A DNA stretch of 39,074 bases, taken from Candidatus Omnitrophota bacterium. GTDB taxonomy: Bacteria; Omnitrophota; Gorgyraeia; Duberdicusellales; 4484-171. The stretch lies in the NCBI GenBank assembly GCA_016939345.1, contig JAFGHG010000142.1, positions 1-39,074 on the forward strand. Direction: 5' to 3'. Positions 33,042 to 39,074 of the stretch are shown here, piece by piece. The notes under the pieces are model-generated. The model made no database searches, was not told the DNA's origin, and saw nothing but the letters and a program-made list of their open reading frames with translations. A program made the position numbers and the translations under genes. How positions within the stretch are numbered: position 1 is the stretch's first letter; the number at the start of each line of letters is the position of its first letter.

Positions 33042-33497
33042 ATGAAATACATTATCAATTTAATAGCTCTTCTTATCCTGGGCCTTATGATCTGGGGTGT
33101 GGTAAAGTTCAAGGATAGCAGCACTTACTATTCTTGGCAGGGTAGTGCCAAGAAGGTAAAAAAGACCGCTGATGATTTTATTCAAGCCCGGAAAAACACC
33201 ATTCAGATGGAATTGAATCCGGAACGCAAAAGGCCACTGACTTTTATCAAAAAAGAAGAAATGCTCAGGATCTATGTTCCCGATGTCTTTGAAGGTTTTA
33301 GCGAAAAAGCCTGGGCAGATTTCTGGGATTTTATATATAGTCCGGTCAAGGACAATAGCGGGACTTTTGCGACAAAAAAACAAAGGCCTAAAGAAGAAAT
33401 AGAAGCTTACCTGATATATCGTTATCCCAAGCCATTTTCTTATTTCAGGCAGGACCACTGGTTTTATTTTTGGGAGATAGTGCTTGGTGAAGATTAA
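33042..33497 (+). CDS. Hypothetical membrane-anchored protein (151 aa)
   Basis: It has an N-terminal TM (IINLIALLILGLMIWGVV) and a Trp/Phe/Tyr-rich C-terminal part. I recognised no family. Confidence 0.45.
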   Translation: MKYIINLIALLILGLMIWGVVKFKDSSTYYSWQGSAKKVKKTADDFIQARKNTIQMELNPERKRPLTFIKKEEMLRIYVPDVFEGFSEKAWADFWDFIYSPVKDNSGTFATKKQRPKEEIEAYLIYRYPKPFSYFRQDHWFYFWEIVLGED

Positions 33498-34431
33498 TAA
33501 AGATTTGCATTTATATGGTTTGATAGGGCATCCCACAAAACACTCTCTTTCTCCTCTGATGCATAATGCCGCTTTTAAGGAGATGGGCATTAAGGCAAAA
33601 TATTTACTTATTGATGTTGAGCCTGGCCAGCTAAAAGAGTTCTTACTTAATCCCCTGTTTGCTTTTAAAAGCCTGGAGGGAGAAGATTTGGTTTCCCGTG
33701 ACCTTAAGGGTTTCAATGTGACCATTCCTTACAAGGTTAAAGCTAAAGAAATTCTTGAAGCTAACTTTCAAAATTCCCAAAGCCCTGAAGCAAACCACAG
33801 CCTTTTAGTCGGAGCCATTAATACTGTTTTACGCAGCGGCAAGGGTTTTAACTGGTTTAACACCGACGCCCTAGGATTTATGCAGGCAATAAAGAAAGAT
33901 TTAAAACTTAAAGGGCAAAATAAGTTAAAAGTTTTAGTCATCGGCTGTGGTGGTGCGGGACGGGCAGTTATTTCAGGTTTAAGTTTAGACGATGATGATC
34001 TGGCTGAGGCTATATATGTTTTTGAGATCAATCCCCAAGTCGCTGCCTCTGCAAGCAAGCACTTTGCAAACTTTCCCAAAGCATCAGAAAAGCTTCAATT
34101 CATTAAAAAAGAAGATATACCCCCGCTGATAAATCAATGCAGTCTTCTGGTAAATGCTTCTTCTCTGGGAATGAATGAAGCTGATAGTTCACCTATAAAT
34201 AAAAGCCTCCTTCATAAGGATTTAAGGGTATATGACCTTGTTTATAACCGGCAGACCCAATTAATAAAAGATGCAGAATCCTTAGGGATACAGGCTGAGG
34301 ACGGCTTGAGCATGCTTTTGCATCAAGGCGTTAAAGCTTTGAGCTACTGGCTGGACCGGGAAATACCCGAAGGTGTGGTAGAGATGATGAAAAAGGCTTT
34401 AAAAGATAAGATAAGGAGTAAAAATGCTTGA
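33484..34431 (+). CDS. aroE: Shikimate dehydrogenase
   Basis: It has LYGLIGHPTKHSLSPLMHNAAF, NVTIPYK, GAINTV and GCGGAGRAV. The start is TTG or GTG and overlaps the upstream ORF. Confidence 0.85.
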   Translation: MVKINKDLHLYGLIGHPTKHSLSPLMHNAAFKEMGIKAKYLLIDVEPGQLKEFLLNPLFAFKSLEGEDLVSRDLKGFNVTIPYKVKAKEILEANFQNSQSPEANHSLLVGAINTVLRSGKGFNWFNTDALGFMQAIKKDLKLKGQNKLKVLVIGCGGAGRAVISGLSLDDDDLAEAIYVFEINPQVAASASKHFANFPKASEKLQFIKKEDIPPLINQCSLLVNASSLGMNEADSSPINKSLLHKDLRVYDLVYNRQTQLIKDAESLGIQAEDGLSMLLHQGVKALSYWLDREIPEGVVEMMKKALKDKIRSKNA

Positions 34432-35302
34432 TATGCTGATGCCCTTTGATAAGGTTTTGGTTTTTATTCTTGGAGCAATGATCGGAAGTTTTTTGAATGT
34501 CTGCATCTTCCGGCTTCCTAAAGAGCAATCGATTGTAAAACCCCGTTCATTCTGTCCAAAGTGCAAAAAGCCCATAAAGTGGTACGATAATATACCGGTT
34601 TTAAGTTATATTTTATTAAAGGCTAAATGCAGAAATTGCCAGGAGAAAATATCCTTGAGATACCCTGTGATAGAGATTTTAACCAGTGTTATCCTTGGAT
34701 TTCTTTATATAAATTTCAGCTGGTCTATATTGTTTTTTGAATTTTCTTTTTTCTTCTGCCTGCTTATAGTGGTCTCATTTATTGACATTGATTACCATGC
34801 TATACCGGCTTATTTATGCGTTTTCGGTATCGCCGTAGGTCTTTTATTCGCATTTTTCCAAAGTGGAAATTTTATTAATATAATTATAGATTTTATGAAG
34901 GTATTCGCAGGCTCACGAGCCCAGGAGATCAACAATCCGCCCACAGCTTTCTTAAACTCGACATTGGGTTTGCTTTTCGGCCTCGGATTTACTTATCTTT
35001 TTAAATTATTCGGAGATGTGTTGATTGGTTTGTACCTGTCTTTGCGCAAGAAAGATTCCATTGAAGGAGAGAAAGAGTCTATGGGGCTTGGTGATGTTGA
35101 TTTTATGGGTATGGTAGGAGTATTTATGGGTTTTAAGGCAGTTATAATGGTTTTCTTCCTGGCTCCTTTTTTTGCGATAATCTATTCAATTATTGCCTTG
35201 ATTTTTAAAAGGTCTCATCTAATACCTTATTTGCCCTACTTGTCAGCCGCAACTCTGGTCACTTTTTTCTGGGGAGATAGAATACTGAGATTAATATTCT
35301 GA
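34424..35302 (+). CDS. pilD: Prepilin peptidase (A24 family)
   Basis: It has the N-terminal Cys motif (CPKCKKPIKWYDNIPVLSY...CRNCQEKI) and the catalytic Asp regions (FIDIDYH, GLGDVDFMGMVG). Confidence 0.85.
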   Translation: MLDMLMPFDKVLVFILGAMIGSFLNVCIFRLPKEQSIVKPRSFCPKCKKPIKWYDNIPVLSYILLKAKCRNCQEKISLRYPVIEILTSVILGFLYINFSWSILFFEFSFFFCLLIVVSFIDIDYHAIPAYLCVFGIAVGLLFAFFQSGNFINIIIDFMKVFAGSRAQEINNPPTAFLNSTLGLLFGLGFTYLFKLFGDVLIGLYLSLRKKDSIEGEKESMGLGDVDFMGMVGVFMGFKAVIMVFFLAPFFAIIYSIIALIFKRSHLIPYLPYLSAATLVTFFWGDRILRLIF

Positions 35303-35333
35303 TTAAATACAGTATTTTTGTCATTAGGATTTG

Positions 35334-35364
35334 TTTCGAATTTCGAAATTAGAAATTCGAATTT
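35334..35364 (+). repeat. Four tandem heptamers (TTTCGAA TTTCGAA ATTAGAA ATTCGAA) containing two 12-bp palindromes
   Basis: TCGAA occurs at 35336, 35343 and 35357, with TAGAA at 35350, giving a 7-nt period. The palindromes are AATTTCGAAATT (35339-35350) and AAATTCGAATTT (35353-35364). The site is 45 nt upstream of aroC. Confidence 0.75.
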
Positions 35365-35408
35365 ATCATAGTGATATCTTATAGAAGTATTAAGAAGGAG
35401 TAGTAATT

Positions 35409-36548
35409 ATGCGGATATTAACTGCTGGCGAATCCCACGGGGCCTGTAACATAGCTATTATTGAAGGATTTCCTAAAGGCGTAAGGCTGGAGGAAAGCAT
35501 TATAAATAAAGATCTTTTAAGGAGAATGCACGGTGCTGGCAGGGGTAAGCGTATGGCCCTAGAACAGGATCAAGCTAAAATTATTGCCGGTTTGCGCAAT
35601 AAGTTCAGCCTTGGCAGCCCCATAGCCTTGCTTATCGCAAATAAAGATAACCAGATATTTTCCCAAAAAAAAGACCTTCTTAAAAGTTTAAATGTACCCA
35701 GGCCAGCACATGCTGACCTTTCAGGGTCTTTAAAATATCAGGAAAAAGATATAAGAAACATACTTGAAAGGGCTTCGGCCCGTGAAACCGTAGCCAGGGT
35801 CGCCTGCGGTTCTGTATGCAAACAGTTCCTGTCAAACTTTGGCATCTCGTTTGCCAGTTTTACTGTAAGCGTAGGACAGGTTTATTCAGGCTGTAAGCCT
35901 AAGAATACAGCTGAAATACTTTCAAAGACGAAGAAATCAAAACTTAACTGCATTGATCCGCTGGCAGAGGAAAAGATGATTGATTTGATTAATGAATGTG
36001 CAGATTCCCATGATACTCTTGGAGGGATAGTAGAGCTCTGGATAGACGGTCTGGTGGCCGGGATAGGAAATATGATGCATTTTGACAGAAGGCTTGATGC
36101 AAAGCTTGCTTCTGGCCTTATGAGCATACCGGCTGTAAAAGGAGTTGAGGTTGGTCTTGGTTTTGATTATGCAAAGCAAAGAGGCTCCAAATCACACGAT
36201 GCGATATATTATTCTTCATCAAAAGGCTTTTACAGAAAGACCAATAATTCCGGCGGTATTGAAGGAGGTCTTTCTACTGGAGAGCCGGTTGTTTTGCGAT
36301 TAGCCATGAAGCCGATAGCCACCTTGACTAAGCCGCTGGAATCAGTAAACATGGTTACAAAACGTAAAGCCAAGGCTCCTTCGGTGCGTTCGGATACCTG
36401 CGCAATCGCAGCCTTGGGTCCGATATCTGAAAGCATGGCAGCCATTTCTGTTTTTGACAGCTTTTTAGAAAAGTTTGGTTCTGATTCTTTAAAGGAAATA
36501 CAGAGAAGTTATCTGCAATACAAGAGAAACATCCACAGGTTTAAGTAG
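35409..36548 (+). CDS. aroC: Chorismate synthase
   Basis: It has MRILTAGESHG, RPAHADL and SARETVARV. The SD AAGGAG is present. Confidence 0.92.
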   Translation: MRILTAGESHGACNIAIIEGFPKGVRLEESIINKDLLRRMHGAGRGKRMALEQDQAKIIAGLRNKFSLGSPIALLIANKDNQIFSQKKDLLKSLNVPRPAHADLSGSLKYQEKDIRNILERASARETVARVACGSVCKQFLSNFGISFASFTVSVGQVYSGCKPKNTAEILSKTKKSKLNCIDPLAEEKMIDLINECADSHDTLGGIVELWIDGLVAGIGNMMHFDRRLDAKLASGLMSIPAVKGVEVGLGFDYAKQRGSKSHDAIYYSSSKGFYRKTNNSGGIEGGLSTGEPVVLRLAMKPIATLTKPLESVNMVTKRKAKAPSVRSDTCAIAALGPISESMAAISVFDSFLEKFGSDSLKEIQRSYLQYKRNIHRFK

Positions 36549-36565
36549 ATACAAGGAGGAGGCAA

Positions 36566-36727
36566 ATGTTTGATTTTAGCAAGTTAGGCGATTTATCCAA
36601 AGTAGCATCACAGGCAAAACAGATCCAGGAAAAACAGGAACAGGCCCAGAGAGAGCAGATAGATATTTTACGCAAGATTTCAAGTCAGATAGATGAGGTA
36701 TTGACTTTGCTCAAGGAAAAGAGATGA
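36566..36727 (+). CDS. Small coiled-coil protein (53 aa) resembling only the N-terminal helix of YbaB/EbfC
   Basis: This ORF is not in the track because it is under 60 aa. A strong SD (AAGGAGGAGG) sits just upstream of the ATG. The translation is MFDFSKLGDLSKVASQAKQIQEKQEQAQREQIDILRKISSQIDEVLTLLKEKR. Its stop overlaps the next gene's start (ATGA). Confidence 0.45.
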   Translation: MFDFSKLGDLSKVASQAKQIQEKQEQAQREQIDILRKISSQIDEVLTLLKEKR

Positions 36728-37614
36728 AAAAAATCCTTCGACAAATATTAATTTTTGTTTCTTTTGGGCTAATCTTATCTTTAGCTGTTTTTGCCCAGGA
36801 ACAAGATAAAAACTTTTTCTGGAAGGCAGAATCAGGCCAGGCAAAGGTATATATTTTGGGTTCAATACATTTGGCAAATGACGATCTTTATCCTCTTGAT
36901 TCAAGGATCGAAAAGGCTTTTGATGAGGCAGATAAACTGGTTGTTGAGATAAATTTTAACAACCTGGACCAATTTCATGCTGGCAATAAATTCATGCAAG
37001 CCGGTCTTTATACTGACGGAGATTCTTTTGCAAATCATACATCGCGAGAGGTTTATGAGCTGGCCGGAGAAAGATTTAAAAAACTAGGCAGCAATGTTAA
37101 TGCTTTTTCTTCTTTTAAGCCCTGGTTTTTGTCGGTGTTCCTGTTGCAGGTTGAGCTGGCTAACCGGGGTTTAACAGCGGAGAAAGGAATAGATTTGCAT
37201 TTTTTAGCTAAAGCCAGAGGTAAAAAAGAAGTCCTGGCTCTTGAGACTGTTGATTATCAATTGGATATCTTTACCGGTATGACTGACAGGCAACAAGAAT
37301 TGCTTCTTTTTTCTACTTTAAAAGATATCGATACCTTGGAAGAAAAGCTTAATAAGATGCTCAGGGCTTACAAGAGCGGAGATGCCAAGACTCTGGAAGA
37401 TATGATATTCCGGTGCGCGAATGAATACCCGGAAACAAAACCGGTTTTTGATAGGTTATATACCAAGCGAAATATTGAGATGGCAGAAAAAATAGACACT
37501 TATTTTAAAACTAATAATATTTACTTTGTCATTGTCGGGGCCGGGCATCTGGTCGGCAAAGATGGGATAATATCACTTTTAAGGGAGAAAGGATACAAAC
37601 TCGATCAGTTGTAG
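36724..37614 (+). CDS. TraB/GumN family protein
   Basis: It has a signal peptide, KVYILGSIHL near the N-terminus and FVIVGAGHLVGKDGII near the C-terminus, both typical of TraB/GumN. Confidence 0.78.
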   Translation: MKKILRQILIFVSFGLILSLAVFAQEQDKNFFWKAESGQAKVYILGSIHLANDDLYPLDSRIEKAFDEADKLVVEINFNNLDQFHAGNKFMQAGLYTDGDSFANHTSREVYELAGERFKKLGSNVNAFSSFKPWFLSVFLLQVELANRGLTAEKGIDLHFLAKARGKKEVLALETVDYQLDIFTGMTDRQQELLLFSTLKDIDTLEEKLNKMLRAYKSGDAKTLEDMIFRCANEYPETKPVFDRLYTKRNIEMAEKIDTYFKTNNIYFVIVGAGHLVGKDGIISLLREKGYKLDQL

Positions 37615-37627
37615 CAGGAGGCAGTAA

Positions 37628-38134
37628 ATGAAAAAGATGTTATTAATTGGTTTTTGCTTTATTCTTTTTGTATCAATATCACTTTTCTCGGAGAACATGT
37701 CTGGCAATCTCTTTGTCGATAATATTACAAAGGTTAACGAATTCGTAAACAGCCAGCGGCCCTTGATGATAGGTGATATTATCTACAGGACTAAACTTGC
37801 AATCAATGACGAATCCTACGGCTACTATTGGCTTAAACTAAGGTATATAGGCTATGACAGCAGCCAGATCAAAATACGCTATGAGTTCAGCAAGGATGTT
37901 CCTGAAAACGAGGGCAAGATCTATGAGGAGGTTTCAACACTTATTATGCCTTTGGATGAGCAAGAAAAAACTTATATAAAGATACATCAGCTTCCTAAGC
38001 TGCCTGAAGATGCCACAGTTCCGGCTAAGACTTTAGTGGTAAGCGTCTATGACCGCGACAAGAGCCTGATAAAAGTAGAAGAATTCGGAAAATACAAGTC
38101 CTTCGTAGATAAAGAAAAGGAAATAGAAAAATAA
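37628..38134 (+). CDS. Secreted hypothetical protein (168 aa)
   Basis: It has a signal peptide and is tightly spaced with its neighbours (13 nt upstream, 1 nt downstream). The SD AGGAGG is present. Confidence 0.5.
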   Translation: MKKMLLIGFCFILFVSISLFSENMSGNLFVDNITKVNEFVNSQRPLMIGDIIYRTKLAINDESYGYYWLKLRYIGYDSSQIKIRYEFSKDVPENEGKIYEEVSTLIMPLDEQEKTYIKIHQLPKLPEDATVPAKTLVVSVYDRDKSLIKVEEFGKYKSFVDKEKEIEK

Positions 38135-38135
38135 C

Positions 38136-38423
38136 ATGGCTGGAAGTTACTGGCAGGAAAGCCCGCCAAATGGACCAAAACCTGATTTTTATCAAGAATG
38201 TAAAAAACGAGCCTTAAAATCAGGGGTCTTTAGCTTCATAAGGCAATACCCGAGAATATCGATTGTTTTCCTGATTATTATAGCTATTGTTATATTGTCG
38301 TTGCCAATACCTTTCAGAGAAAAGATTCTTATCCCCCTTAGAGCTTTTGTTATCGGTTTTTTATTGGCTTTAGGCTTATTTTTTTATAGATTGCATAAGC
38401 TAAATAGCCGCAAAAAAGAATAG
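38136..38423 (+). CDS. Hypothetical two-TM membrane protein (95 aa)
   Basis: It has two hydrophobic segments and starts 1 nt after the upstream stop. Confidence 0.45.
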   Translation: MAGSYWQESPPNGPKPDFYQECKKRALKSGVFSFIRQYPRISIVFLIIIAIVILSLPIPFREKILIPLRAFVIGFLLALGLFFYRLHKLNSRKKE

Positions 38424-38437
38424 GGATATTTTGCCGG

Positions 38438-38465
38438 TTGACTCTTGTATCAGCCTGGTTATAAT
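38438..38465 (+). promoter_or_regulatory. Sigma-70-type promoter (TTGACT-16 nt-TATAAT)
   Basis: The -35 is at 38438-38443 and the -10 at 38460-38465. It is upstream of the zinc-ribbon gene. Confidence 0.5.
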
Positions 38466-38497
38466 GATAGTATTTAACTGCTAGGTTTGGGGTAGAT

Positions 38498-38812
38498 ATG
38501 AAAAAATGTCCATTTTGCGCCGAAGAAATACAGGAAAAGGCTGTTAAGTGCAGGTTTTGCGGCGAATTTATAAGTAAAAAGAGTCCGGAAAAATGGTTTT
38601 ATAGAACATATATTATTGTTGTAGCTTTTTTGTGCATCGGTCCCTTTGCTTTGCCTTTAGTCTGGTTTCATCCCAAATATAGCCGAAATGTAAAAATTAT
38701 AATCAGTATAATTGTAATTTTTTTGAGCATACTAGCAACAATATTGATGAAAAAATCATTTGATATTCTAAGGGATTATTATAAGCAGTTATCCGATATA
38801 ATGGGCGGTTAA
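38498..38812 (+). CDS. Zinc-ribbon membrane protein
   Basis: It has an N-terminal CPFC...CRFCG zinc ribbon followed by two TM segments. A near-consensus promoter lies upstream. Confidence 0.6.
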   Translation: MKKCPFCAEEIQEKAVKCRFCGEFISKKSPEKWFYRTYIIVVAFLCIGPFALPLVWFHPKYSRNVKIIISIIVIFLSILATILMKKSFDILRDYYKQLSDIMGG

Positions 38813-38839
38813 TTTTTAATTTTGAAAGGAAGATTTTAA

Positions 38840-39074
38840 ATGAAAAAAATACTTATAGCAGATGACGAAAAAGATACCTTGGTTTTTTTACAAAGAGGGC
38901 TGAATAAACATGGTTTTGAGGTTGCTTGTGCATATGACGGACTGCAGGCAAAAGCAATTTTGGAGAAAGAAAATTTTGATCTGATAATTTTGGATTTAGT
39001 CATGCCCAATATGGGCGGCTGGCAGGTTTTGGAATGGTTAAGGAATGAAAAAAAGATCACTGCCCCTGTAATAA
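38840..39074 (+). CDS. Response regulator receiver domain (3' end cut by window edge)
   Basis: The sequence MKKILIADDEKDTLVFL...DLIILDLVMPNMGGWQVLEWL is CheY-like, with the acidic pocket and phospho-acceptor Asp. It is not in the ORF track because it runs off the window. Confidence 0.85.
   Translation, partial: MKKILIADDEKDTLVFLQRGLNKHGFEVACAYDGLQAKAILEKENFDLIILDLVMPNMGGWQVLEWLRNEKKITAPVI

Noticed and set aside
33060-33725. A 221-aa minus-strand ORF spanning the hypothetical gene and the start of aroE. Other long antisense ORFs are at 23418-23933, 31498-31929, 24478-24924, 26793-27191 and 26244-26630.
   Set aside because: Each lies antisense to a confidently identified, motif-bearing gene (aroE, lysC, leuA, cimA, ilvB). 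Their translations are Ser/Leu/Phe/Pro/Cys-rich with no recognisable motifs and no SD sites. They are most likely shadow ORFs.

Overview
This is an AT-rich 39-kb chromosomal window (about 40% GC by eye). It is probably from an uncultivated diderm bacterium, since lpxA is present and GGAGG-type Shine-Dalgarno (SD) sites are strong. Almost all of it is tightly packed housekeeping genes. On the plus strand: rpsO(partial)-pnp-ftsK-rodZ-like-rimO-pgsA-pgpA. On the minus strand: a UvrD/PcrA-type helicase, a CinA-C/PncC domain protein and thpR. Next come an ACT-domain protein, a GH1 beta-glucosidase and a secreted protein, then a minus-strand pair made of a membrane protein and a ParA-like ATPase with a C-terminal CBM48/AMPK-beta-type glycogen-binding module. 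After that: lpxA, trmI, an NTP_transf_5-like protein, an RmlD-like SDR, an ApgM-type phosphoglycerate mutase homolog and cstA. A long amino-acid biosynthesis cluster follows: lysC-cimA-ilvB-[73-aa Arg-rich ORF]-ilvN-ilvC-[DUF3352-like]-leuA-hyp-aroE-pilD-aroC. The window ends with a small-protein/TraB-GumN cluster and a partial response regulator. I recognised no rRNA, tRNA, CRISPR array, transposase, integrase or phage genes. The items most worth follow-up are: (1) a 73-aa ORF that is one-third arginine, carries DRR(Q) heptad repeats and sits exactly between ilvB and ilvN; (2) the ParA-CBM48 fusion, translationally coupled (ATGA overlap) to a single-pass membrane protein; (3) a structured intergenic repeat family with an identical 21-mer core at two loci, plus a third hairpin element built from GGTAACG/CGTTACC words; (4) exact 7-nt-period YCGAA repeats (four units each) upstream of rimO and aroC. 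All coordinates were counted by hand and all family calls rest on remembered motifs. No searches or folding calculations were run.
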